This document shows, piece by piece, positions 1 to 8,442 of a stretch of DNA of 64,000 nucleotides (within the stretch, counting starts at the first letter, position 1; every line of letters starts with the position of its first letter). The notes below the pieces were generated by a model that worked only from the letters and a program-made list of their open reading frames with translations, searched no databases and was not told the DNA's origin. The stretch is from the NCBI GenBank assembly GCA_045636325.1, contig JAZTXH010000016.1, forward strand, positions 82,956-146,955. Direction: 5' to 3'. Position numbers and translations under genes: made by a program. The stretch comes from Clostridia bacterium. Lineage in GTDB: Bacteria > Bacillota > Clostridia > UBA1381 > UMGS1253.

Positions 1-18
1 TATTTACAAAATTGCTTA

Positions 19-47
19 TTGACAAAACATAATTTTAAGTGTATAAT
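19..47 (+). promoter_or_regulatory. sigma-A-type promoter driving a short non-coding transcript
   Basis: TTGACA at 19-24, a 17-nt spacer, and TATAAT at 42-47. No SD or ORF follows before the terminator at 104-139. Confidence 0.5.
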
Positions 48-53
48 AAATAT

Positions 54-139
54 AGAAAAAGGCAAGACATCAAACGGTTATGCCAAAAGAATGTATTTAT
101 AAAAATAACGCTTCATTTGACGGTGGGCGTTATTTTTTT
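54..139 (+). ncRNA. candidate ~85-nt sRNA convergent with a small hydrophobic ORF (putative type I antitoxin RNA)
   Basis: The unit is bounded by a consensus promoter and an intrinsic terminator. It has a 5' hairpin at 61-84 (ggca..tgcc). Its 3' end overlaps the 3' end of the minus-strand peptide gene. Confidence 0.35.
104..139. terminator. bidirectional intrinsic terminator
   Basis: aataacgc (104-111) pairs with gcgttatt (127-134). An A-run lies upstream and a T-run downstream, so it can terminate both strands. Confidence 0.6.
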
Positions 140-198
140 ATGGTTATAATAAGCACAATCAATGTGATAATGTATATCATTATGTGCACATATTCCAT
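130..198 (-). CDS. 22-aa hydrophobic peptide MEYVHIMIYIITLIVLIITIKK; candidate type I toxin
   Basis: ATG at 198-196 is preceded by GGAGGTGG with 6-nt spacing. The peptide is a single hydrophobic helix with a C-terminal KK. The TAA stop lies inside the terminator stem. The ORF is below the ORF-track size cutoff. Confidence 0.4.
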   Translation of the reverse strand: MEYVHIMIYIITLIVLIITIKK

Positions 199-293
199 AA
201 GCTACCACCTCCTTATCAAGAGATGATGGCATAACCGCCCAGCTTTTACACTGTTTTCAGTCTTACATTTTTGTAGGATTTTCCGACAAAGAT

Positions 294-322
294 ATTATAC
301 AACACATTTTATATTATATCAA
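294..322 (-). promoter_or_regulatory. promoter for the small-peptide mRNA
   Basis: On the minus strand: TTGATA (322-317), a 17-nt spacer, and TATAAT (299-294). This gives a ~90-nt 5' UTR. Confidence 0.45.
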
Positions 323-793
323 CATCTTTTTATAAAAAACACCAATGTGTTATATAAAAAGACATCTACAATTCAATTTCTCTACGAGATTAGGGCGAAA
401 AGTCGATTTCACAGAAAATCATGTTATAGGTGTTTGTATGGAAAATACAATAAAAAGAAAACGATTTATTAATGTGTTAAAAAAGTTTATGTGACATTAT
501 AATTGTTTCAATAATGATTTTATGTACGCAGGAACTGTGTTTGCATCAGAGAAGGATATAACTGACGAAATAAGTGAAATTACTGAGAATACGGCAATTG
601 TTTTAAGAAACCATTATTGCATATGGTCAAAAGAAGTAATGGCAGGCTACACAAAAGCATATATTAAAAGCTATGCTATAGCGGTGATATGTGGGAATCT
701 CGTCAATGGGGCAGAATAGTAGGTGAGATTTACTGGTTTGTGTTGTTGTTTGGAGATAAAAAAAGAAATTTTGCACAAAATTTAAAAAAACAC

Positions 794-822
794 TTGACAA
801 AAGATTAAAACTCTGCTATACT
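794..822 (+). promoter_or_regulatory. promoter with extended -10
   Basis: TTGACA at 794-799, a 17-nt spacer, and TGcTATACT ending at 822. Confidence 0.5.
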
Positions 823-902
823 TTGATTGATAGTTTGTTATCAGTATTATTTTAGTTATATTTTGATACTTTAATACTTTTATGAAGGAGAGTGTGAAAG
901 TG

Positions 903-1028
903 ATGAAAACATACGAGAAAATTTGGGCAGATATTGTTGACTTAAGAAATGAAGCCATAATGTCAGATGATGATTTAATAAGTCAGGTAGAAGATGGCGA
1001 TGGCTATGACGACGGTGGCGATTGGTAA
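903..1028 (+). CDS. 41-aa very acidic small protein (MKTYEKIWADIVDLRNEAIMSDDDLISQVEDGDGYDDGGDW)
   Basis: A GAAGGAGAG SD lies upstream of the ATG at 903. The gene has its own promoter and a 13-bp-stem terminator. I recognise no family. Confidence 0.4.
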   Translation: MKTYEKIWADIVDLRNEAIMSDDDLISQVEDGDGYDDGGDW

Positions 1029-1049
1029 TTTTTGGATTTAGAAATGTAT

Positions 1050-1108
1050 AATCCCTTTAGAATGGCATTGGCATGTGCTAGTGCTGTTCTAAAGGGATTA
1101 TGTTTTTT
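1050..1108 (+). terminator. intrinsic terminator
   Basis: aatccctttagaa (1050-1062) pairs with ttctaaagggatt (1087-1099) and is followed by a T-run. Confidence 0.7.
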
Positions 1109-1147
1109 CTAAAGTGATTTAAAAATGAACAGAGGGAGATTTTTACT

Positions 1148-1651
1148 ATGTGGGAAAAATATTTAAAATACCGTTGTCCGCGTTATGATGATATGCCATC
1201 CATTCAGCTTTATAAAGACCAGATAGTAAGTGTTGTTAATGAATATACATCATCCTTTAGGCATGATGATGAAAAACTTATAACCTCGTCTATGATAAAT
1301 AATTATGTTAAACACAAGATAATAAAGCCACCAGTTAACAAAAAGTATGACAGAGAGCATCTGGCATTTTTATATATAATATGTCTGCTTAAAGCATTTA
1401 TGCCTATTGAACAAATTAGATGCGGAATGCAATTTGTTATACAATCCGTAGGAATGCGTGATGCATATGATATGTTTTGTGATGAATTTGAAAATGCGTT
1501 GCAAGGCGCATTTGGCAGAGAAGAAATTCATGAAATAAAAAAAACCGGCACTGAAGCTGAACTTGTAAAGGCTGCAGCAACAGGCCTTGCGAATTTTGTG
1601 CATGCGAATGCATTGATTGGACAAATGGGCACAGCGTCAAAAAATAAATAA
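1148..1651 (+). CDS. DUF1836-family protein
   Basis: The segment TSSMINNYVKHKIIKPPVNKKYDREHLAFLYIICLLK matches my recollection of the DUF1836 core (MINNYVK ... KKY.R.HL). Confidence 0.65.
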   Translation: MWEKYLKYRCPRYDDMPSIQLYKDQIVSVVNEYTSSFRHDDEKLITSSMINNYVKHKIIKPPVNKKYDREHLAFLYIICLLKAFMPIEQIRCGMQFVIQSVGMRDAYDMFCDEFENALQGAFGREEIHEIKKTGTEAELVKAAATGLANFVHANALIGQMGTASKNK

Positions 1652-1728
1652 AATCCGATTATAAATAAAAAATAACCTTCCGGAAAGTCAACAGGGAAAG
1701 TTGATAACTGGAGGGTTATTTTCATATT

Positions 1729-3354
1729 TTATCTTGTTATTTTATAAATATTTGCCCAATTTCGTGCGTTTGAATACACTAAAAGTTCATAATCTGAAAA
1801 ATCAAGCTTTTTACACAACAGTTCTGCTGTGCGGTTAGTATTTAATGCGTCGTTTATATACACAATTATTTCATTTTCACCCTTAAGCTCAGGGTCGTTT
1901 CTCAGTTTGTATATCTCACCTGCTGCTACAAAAGCACATTTACTGTATTTTTTGTAATCAGCAAAATTGAAGAGAAAATGTGATTCATGTGTATTTATCA
2001 TGATACACTTTTTATTGCTGTTTTCTTCAAAGTTTTTACGGTTTTCTTCATTTAAGCGATAAAGATAATTTTTACCGCTTGGGCTCGCATTAAAATCATA
2101 CAGGTTTTGTTTCATATTAACACCAAGGCACAAAACCAAAATTACAAACACTATTATGCCCGTGTAACGAAATTCCCTTTTTGAAAAAATGCCTAAAATC
2201 AAAGCGATTGCCTTATACATAACAGAAATTGACAGCATACAGATAAGAGGAAAAATCGGAGCTATGTATCTGTCGGTCTGATATGGTGCAACCTTTGCGA
2301 CTAAGAAAAAGTAGAATACAATTGTCAGGCAACACATAAATATGTTTTTGTGTCGGCTGTTTAAATTTATATGTATAAATTTATTTTTATATGCCCTAAC
2401 GAGAAAGAATGCAATGCAGGTTACAAGTGCCATTACTACAATTCCAATTACTAGGCTGCCTATGCTTGAATTAAATATGTCAATATAGTTTACAGCATTT
2501 TTCAAAGATGATGAATTGGAAACATTGTCAAAGGCTTCAACACCTCTTCCTGATTTGAAAATATGTGAAATCGCGGCAGGCCACAGAGCAAGATATATAC
2601 CGCCGGTCAGTGCCATAAGTCCAGTGTATTTAAATATTTTTTTATATTCACCACGTATAAGCATAGAAACAACCGTAAAAAATGCCAAGGCAAAAAGGAA
2701 AATCAAAAAGTAATACTGGCTATATGCGCCAAGGAATACCACAAGAGCCATAAGAATTGCAGTACTTTTTGTAAAATTATAATTATTTTCGGCGAATTTA
2801 AAATGTAATAAAACAGCCGCAGTTGTAAAAAAAGTAAGCATAGCATACATTCTTATATATATAACCATATTTACACTGTTTACACTGAATGCAAAAAATA
2901 CAGTTGCCAAAAGTGCCATAAAACGCTTTTTAAAAATAAATGCAACTATAAGATACAAAAGAACACATGTGCCAAGCGTAAAAAGTATATTTGGAATAAT
3001 TCCTATGTAATAAGAACCGCTTCTGGGAAAAAACGATGAAATTGTATGCACGATTAAGTAATAAAGAGGCGGATGAACATCGTTTATCTGATTGTAATAA
3101 ACTTTGTCATATTCAAAACGGTGCTCGTTGTTCGTTGTAAGATAGCGGTCGATATCTTCTTTGGTATTCCATTTTATAGTGTTGGTAGAGTCTGTATAGG
3201 TTTTGAAAAAGAAGTCCTCTTCGTAATTTGAAAGACCGTAGGTATATGCCTCGTCACAATGAATTCCTTCTTTCTGACCCGCCCAGTAGAAAAAGTTTAT
3301 ACCTGCCAATAATAGTATAACGGAAAGGCAGATTGCGCAAAGCCTTTTACTCAT
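1729..3354 (-). CDS. polytopic GT-C-type (GT39/ArnT-like) membrane glycosyltransferase
   Basis: The 541-aa product has many TM segments and an N-terminal-loop DE motif (GIHCDEAYTYG). It overlaps the upstream GT2 gene by 8 nt. Confidence 0.65.
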   Translation of the reverse strand: MSKRLCAICLSVILLLAGINFFYWAGQKEGIHCDEAYTYGLSNYEEDFFFKTYTDSTNTIKWNTKEDIDRYLTTNNEHRFEYDKVYYNQINDVHPPLYYLIVHTISSFFPRSGSYYIGIIPNILFTLGTCVLLYLIVAFIFKKRFMALLATVFFAFSVNSVNMVIYIRMYAMLTFFTTAAVLLHFKFAENNYNFTKSTAILMALVVFLGAYSQYYFLIFLFALAFFTVVSMLIRGEYKKIFKYTGLMALTGGIYLALWPAAISHIFKSGRGVEAFDNVSNSSSLKNAVNYIDIFNSSIGSLVIGIVVMALVTCIAFFLVRAYKNKFIHINLNSRHKNIFMCCLTIVFYFFLVAKVAPYQTDRYIAPIFPLICMLSISVMYKAIALILGIFSKREFRYTGIIVFVILVLCLGVNMKQNLYDFNASPSGKNYLYRLNEENRKNFEENSNKKCIMINTHESHFLFNFADYKKYSKCAFVAAGEIYKLRNDPELKGENEIIVYINDALNTNRTAELLCKKLDFSDYELLVYSNARNWANIYKITR

Positions 3355-4297
3355 CTATGTTATCCTCCTTGGAAATGTATATAGGTCTGCGTTTTGTTTC
3401 CATATATGTTTTTGCAAGGTACTGCCCCTGGATTCCCTGACATAAAAGTGTAATCCCTGAAAGAAGAAAAATTATGCAAACAAGAGAAGGGTAACCTGCA
3501 ACAGGGTCACCGAATATAAGGGTTTTTGTAATTATCACTAATATATATATTAATGAAAAGAAACAAAATGCTATTCCTAAAAGAGAAGAAAGCGCCAATG
3601 GCGAGGTTGAAAAGGCGATTATTCCGTCAATAGAATATAATAAAAGTTTATAGAACGACCATTTTGTTTCGCCTGCAACCCTTTCGGCATTTTCGTACTC
3701 GAGCCATTTTGTCTGAAAGCCTACCCATGAAAAGATACCTTTTGAAAAGCGGTTGTATTCGCTCATTTTCAGTATTGCATCAACCATACTGCGACTCATT
3801 AACCTAAAATCTCTTGCACCGTCAACGATTTCAGTTTGCGAAATCTTATTTATCAGTTTATAAAACATTCTTGCAAAAAATGACCTGATTGGCGGCTCAC
3901 CCTTTCGGGTTACACGTCTCGCACCGCTGCAGTCATATCCACCTGTAGTTACTGCTTCATACATATCCGAAAGCATAGTTGGCGGGTCCTGCAAATCTGC
4001 ATCCATAACCGCAACAAAGTCGCCTCGGCTTTTTTCAAGCCCTGCAAAAAGTGCCGCCTCTTTGCCAAAGTTTCTTGAAAAAATTATATATCTTATAAAA
4101 GAATACTGGCTTGCAAGGGTTTTTATAATACGGGAGGTGGCATCTTTTGAGCCGTCATCTATAAAGATATATTCAAAATCAACATTATACGTCTTGTTCA
4201 TATAGTCAGCGGTTTTTCCTAAAGTTTCAACGAAATAGGGAATGGAAGCCTCTTCGTTATAACAGGGAATTACTATGCTGATAAGTTTGTTTTCCAT
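3347..4297 (-). CDS. GT2 polyprenyl-phosphate glycosyltransferase (GtrB/CsbB-like)
   Basis: Motifs are ISIVIPCYNEE and DADLQDPP, with two C-terminal TM helices. The start is set at the ATG after AAGGGG, 11 codons inside the track ORF. Confidence 0.8.
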   Translation of the reverse strand: MENKLISIVIPCYNEEASIPYFVETLGKTADYMNKTYNVDFEYIFIDDGSKDATSRIIKTLASQYSFIRYIIFSRNFGKEAALFAGLEKSRGDFVAVMDADLQDPPTMLSDMYEAVTTGGYDCSGARRVTRKGEPPIRSFFARMFYKLINKISQTEIVDGARDFRLMSRSMVDAILKMSEYNRFSKGIFSWVGFQTKWLEYENAERVAGETKWSFYKLLLYSIDGIIAFSTSPLALSSLLGIAFCFFSLIYILVIITKTLIFGDPVAGYPSLVCIIFLLSGITLLCQGIQGQYLAKTYMETKRRPIYISKEDNIDE

Positions 4298-4415
4298 ATT
4301 CACAACCCCTTTTTGTGTATAACAAATCAATTATATTATATAGTTTTGAGGTAAATATGTCAAGTGTTTTCTAGGTTTGAAGGAGGCATAAAAAATGAAA
4401 CATTGCAAAAAATAC

Positions 4416-4444
4416 TTGACAATATTACAAATTAGGTATATAAT
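4416..4444 (+). promoter_or_regulatory. ileS leader promoter
   Basis: TTGACA at 4416-4421, a 17-nt spacer, and TATAAT at 4439-4444. Confidence 0.6.
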
Positions 4445-4449
4445 ATCGT

Positions 4450-4756
4450 TGCGTGTAAAATTTAATATATTAAAAACGTTGACGAAGACAGTAGGTTGCT
4501 TTGAAAGCATAAGAAAAACATAAGCGAGCGGGGGATGGTGTGAGCTCCGTTGTGAGTAGCTGTAGCTGAATATCACTTCTGAGTTGCAAGGCAGAAAAAT
4601 TTCAAAAGCAGGAGAAACTTTTTTGAAAAACAAGTAAGCTTTGTCGGGAATCCCGCCGTTATAGGGAAGCATATGATGGTATGTTAAAATTAGGTGGTAT
4701 AAAAACAAAGTGAGTAAATATAAGCCTTTGTCCTGATTTTGGACGGAGGCTTTTTT
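4450..4756 (+). promoter_or_regulatory. T-box leader (Ile), transcription attenuator
   Basis: The T-box motif AAATTAGGTGGTA lies at 4687-4699. A terminator follows: gcctttgtcc (4724-4733) pairs with ggacggaggc (4741-4750), then T6. A possible ATC specifier lies at 4572-4574 in the context gaatATCa. The element sits directly upstream of ileS. Confidence 0.8.
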
Positions 4757-4816
4757 AATTTTATGCCGCAAATACTTATTGTAAAAATATTTAGTTAATA
4801 TAAAGGAGGAAAACCC

Positions 4817-7800
4817 ATGTACAAAAAAGTTGATACTAATCTTAACTTTATTGAACGTGAAAAGAAAACAGAACAGTTCTGGCGTGAGAACAAAATTTTT
4901 GAAAAAAGCATAGAAGAAAGAAAAGGGTGTCCGGCATATACATTTTATGACGGTCCGCCTACTGCAAACGGTAAGCCTCATATCGGTCACGTGCTTACCC
5001 GTGTTATCAAGGATATGATTCCAAGATACCGCACAATGAAAGGTTACAGTGTAACCCGTAAAGCAGGTTGGGATACCCATGGCTTGCCTGTTGAGCTTGA
5101 AGTTGAAAAGAAGCTTGGGCTTGACGGTAAAGAGCAGATTGAAGAATACGGTCTTGAGCCGTTCATCAAAGAATGTAAGGAAAGCGTTTGGAAGTATAAA
5201 GGTATGTGGGAGGATTTTTCACGCACAGTCGGCTTCTGGGCTGATATGGACGACCCTTATGTAACATACGATAACAACTTTATTGAATCTGAATGGTGGG
5301 CATTAAAGCAGATTTGGGATAAAGGCCTTTTATACAAAGGCTTTAAAATTGTACCCTATTGTCCCAGATGCGGAACTCCTCTTTCAAGCCATGAGGTAGC
5401 GCAGGGATATAAAGATGTTAAAGAAAAGAGTGCTATTGCAAAGTTTAAGGTAAAGGGTGAAGAAAATTCATTCTTCCTTGCATGGACAACTACTCCATGG
5501 ACGCTTCCGTCAAACGTGGCACTTTGTGTGAACCCTGATGAAACTTATGTTAAAATCAAGCAGGGCGATGTGTGCTATATTTTAGCCGAAGCTCTTATTC
5601 CTTCTGTTATTGAGGGTGAATACGAAAAGCTTGAAAGCTATATCGGCAAGGATTTGGAATATAAAGAATATGAGCCTTTGTTTGACTTTGCAAATCCTGA
5701 TAAAAAGGCTTACTATATTACTTGTGACGGCTATGTAACCTTAACAGACGGTACAGGTATTGTTCATATTGCACCTGCATTTGGTGAAGACGATGCTAAA
5801 GTGGGCAGAGCGTATGATTTGCCTTTTGTTCAGCTTGTTGACAGTAAGGGTGAAATGACAAAAGAAACTCCCTGGGAGGGAATGTTCTGTAAGGATGCAG
5901 ATAAGGAAGTGTTTAAAGCGCTTGCAGAAAAAGAGCTTTTATATGCAGCTCTTCCCTTTGAGCATTCATATCCCTTCTGCTGGAGATGTGATACACCGCT
6001 TATTTACTATGCAAGAGATTCATGGTTTATCAAAATGACAGCCGTTAAAGATGACCTGATTAAAAACAACAATACAATCAACTGGATTCCCGAAAGCATT
6101 GGTACAGGTCGTTTCGGCGATTGGCTTAAAAACGTTCAGGATTGGGGTGTGAGCCGTGACAGATACTGGGGAACTCCGCTTAATATATGGGAATGTGAAT
6201 GCGGTCACCGTCATTCTATAGGTTCTATTGAAGAGCTTAAGTCAATGAGTGACAACTGTCCTGAGGAAATCGAGCTTCACAGACCTTATATAGATGCAGT
6301 AACAATCAAGTGTGATAAGTGCGGCGGTCAGATGAAAAGAGTAACAGAAGTCATTGACTGTTGGTTTGACTCAGGTGCAATGCCTTTTGCACAGTGGCAC
6401 TACCCCTTTGAAAACAAAGAGATATTTGATGCTAACTTCCCTGCAAGCTTTATAAGTGAAGCAGTTGACCAGACTCGCGGATGGTTCTATTCACTGCTTG
6501 CAATTTCAACACTTATCTTTAATGAAGCACCATATAAAAACGTTATTGTTTTAGGTCTTGTTCAGGATGAAAACGGTCAGAAAATGAGTAAATCGAAGGG
6601 TAATGCGGTTGACCCCTTTGAGGCACTTGCATCATACGGCGCTGACCCCATAAGATGGTATTTCTATTCAAATTCTGCACCGTGGCTGCCTAACCGTTTC
6701 CACGAAAAAGCGGTTATGGAGGGTCAGAGGAAGTTTATGGGTACTCTTTGGAATACCTATGCATTCTTTGTGCTTTATGCAAACATTGACGGCTTTGATG
6801 CAACAAAGTACAGCCTTGAATACGACAAGCTTTCCGTTATGGATAAATGGATGCTGTCCAAGCTTAATACGCTTGTTAAAACAGTAGATAACAATCTTGA
6901 AAATTACAAAATTACAGAATCTGCAAGAGTATTGCAGGATTTTGTTGACGACATGAGTAACTGGTATGTAAGAAGAAGCCGTGAGCGTTTCTGGACAAAG
7001 GGTATGGAGCAGGATAAGATTAATGCTTATATGACACTTTACACAACTCTTGTTACTCTTGCAAAGGTTTGTGCACCTATGATTCCTTTCATGAGTGAAG
7101 AAATTTATCAGAATCTTGTTCGTTCAATTGATGCTTCGGCGCCTGAAAGTATTCATTTGTGTAATTACCCTGTAGCTGATGAAAATGTAATTGACACAGC
7201 TTTGGAAGAAAATATGAAAAAGCTTTTGGATGTGGTTGTTTTAGGACGTGCTTGCAGAAATGCGGCTAGCATCAAAAATCGTCAGCCTATTGGTAAAATG
7301 TTTGTAAAAGCTGATTTTGTGCTTGATGAGTTTTATTTAAACATCATCGCTGAAGAACTTAACGTAAAGATGGTTGAATTTACTAATAACGTAAGAAATT
7401 ATACAAGCTACAGCTTTAAGCCACAGCTTAAGACTGTTGGTCCGAAATTCGGTAAATATCTTGGTAAAATCCGTGATTACCTTGCAAATGTTGATGGTAA
7501 CATTGCTATGGATGAGCTTGAAGCAGAGGGCGCAGTAAAGATTGATGTTGGCGAAGAAGTAATCAGGCTTGAAAAGGAAGATTTGTTAATCGAAACTGCA
7601 CAGGTTGAGGGCTTTGCATCTGAAAGCGATTTTGGTATCAGTGTAATTCTTGACACAAATCTTACAGATGAGCTTATTGAAGAAGGCTTTGTTCGTGAAA
7701 TCGTAAGCAAAATTCAGACAATGAGAAAAGATTCTGGCTTTGAAGTTATGGATAATATTGCACTTTACATCTCAGGCAATGAAAAAATAGAGGGCATTAT

Positions 7801-7930
7801 CGAAAGAAATGCAGAAGAAATAAAAGAAGATGTTTTATGCCGTGAAATTTATCAGAGTAAGGAAACGGCAGTCTCAAAAGAATGGAACATTAACGGCGAA
7901 AAGGTTATGCTTGCGGTTGAAAAATTATAA
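4817..7930 (+). CDS. ileS: isoleucyl-tRNA synthetase, long (type 2-like) form, 1037 aa
   Basis: It has the HIGH motif (PHIGHV) and KMSKS. Its length and the absence of a C-terminal Cys cluster fit the long form. Confidence 0.97.
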   Translation: MYKKVDTNLNFIEREKKTEQFWRENKIFEKSIEERKGCPAYTFYDGPPTANGKPHIGHVLTRVIKDMIPRYRTMKGYSVTRKAGWDTHGLPVELEVEKKLGLDGKEQIEEYGLEPFIKECKESVWKYKGMWEDFSRTVGFWADMDDPYVTYDNNFIESEWWALKQIWDKGLLYKGFKIVPYCPRCGTPLSSHEVAQGYKDVKEKSAIAKFKVKGEENSFFLAWTTTPWTLPSNVALCVNPDETYVKIKQGDVCYILAEALIPSVIEGEYEKLESYIGKDLEYKEYEPLFDFANPDKKAYYITCDGYVTLTDGTGIVHIAPAFGEDDAKVGRAYDLPFVQLVDSKGEMTKETPWEGMFCKDADKEVFKALAEKELLYAALPFEHSYPFCWRCDTPLIYYARDSWFIKMTAVKDDLIKNNNTINWIPESIGTGRFGDWLKNVQDWGVSRDRYWGTPLNIWECECGHRHSIGSIEELKSMSDNCPEEIELHRPYIDAVTIKCDKCGGQMKRVTEVIDCWFDSGAMPFAQWHYPFENKEIFDANFPASFISEAVDQTRGWFYSLLAISTLIFNEAPYKNVIVLGLVQDENGQKMSKSKGNAVDPFEALASYGADPIRWYFYSNSAPWLPNRFHEKAVMEGQRKFMGTLWNTYAFFVLYANIDGFDATKYSLEYDKLSVMDKWMLSKLNTLVKTVDNNLENYKITESARVLQDFVDDMSNWYVRRSRERFWTKGMEQDKINAYMTLYTTLVTLAKVCAPMIPFMSEEIYQNLVRSIDASAPESIHLCNYPVADENVIDTALEENMKKLLDVVVLGRACRNAASIKNRQPIGKMFVKADFVLDEFYLNIIAEELNVKMVEFTNNVRNYTSYSFKPQLKTVGPKFGKYLGKIRDYLANVDGNIAMDELEAEGAVKIDVGEEVIRLEKEDLLIETAQVEGFASESDFGISVILDTNLTDELIEEGFVREIVSKIQTMRKDSGFEVMDNIALYISGNEKIEGIIERNAEEIKEDVLCREIYQSKETAVSKEWNINGEKVMLAVEKL

Positions 7931-7943
7931 TTAATAAGGGTAA

Positions 7944-7980
7944 AAAGGATGTTATGCTTTTTAGGATAACATCCTTTTTG
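7944..7980 (+). terminator. ileS intrinsic terminator
   Basis: aaaggatgttat (7944-7955) pairs with ataacatccttt (7966-7977), followed by a T-run. Confidence 0.75.
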
Positions 7981-8344
7981 AAATAAAACGATTTTTAAAA
8001 TTGTTTAAAAGAATTCGACCTCGCTGTAATTAAAGACATAAATGCATGATTATTGAGTTTTAATTGTGTGTTAATGAAGACCATCCCACACAGTTAAGAT
8101 TCATCGTTTGAGCAGAAATTCCGGATTTAAGAAAAATGGTATGCCAAAAACAAGAGATGACATAAGCTATATTGCCATGTTTTCGCACTAATTTTGTCGT
8201 ATATTGTCTTTTGACTGACAAAATCCGACTTTAATAAAATTTGCTTGCAAAATTTTTCTGATTTTAAAAGCCAATCCTGTTTTGCGCAGTAAAGTTTATG
8301 AAAAATATTGACAAAAAATATTTATCATGATATAATGTGAACAC

Positions 8345-8390
8345 AAGCCACTCCGGTATGTAAACTTTAATTTACATACCGGAGTGGCTT
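8345..8390 (+). promoter_or_regulatory. 20-bp perfect inverted repeat at the 5' end of the glucokinase transcript
   Basis: aagccactccggtatgtaaa (8345-8364) and tttacataccggagtggctt (8371-8390) flank a 6-nt loop. The repeat starts ~8 nt after a TATAAT box (8331-8336). No T-run follows it. Confidence 0.55.
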
Positions 8391-8442
8391 GAGGAAACAA
8401 AAGGTGTTACAGGTAAAAATGAATGTAATCGGAGGAATGATT

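Noticed and set aside
522-719. 65-aa plus-strand ORF
   Set aside because: It has no SD, no recognisable motif, and no clear promoter or terminator, so I cannot support it as a gene. It is not excluded.
4331-5080. 249-aa minus-strand ORF spanning the T-box leader and the ileS start
   Set aside because: It is antisense to a clearly real T-box and ileS. It has a low-complexity, Phe/Leu/Ile-rich composition typical of shadow frames in AT-rich DNA, and it has no SD.
4817-7930. Long-form (type 2-like) IleRS as a possible acquired mupirocin-resistance gene
   Set aside because: It is T-box regulated and embedded in core context. Long-form IleRS is, as far as I recall, the normal housekeeping form in many Clostridia.
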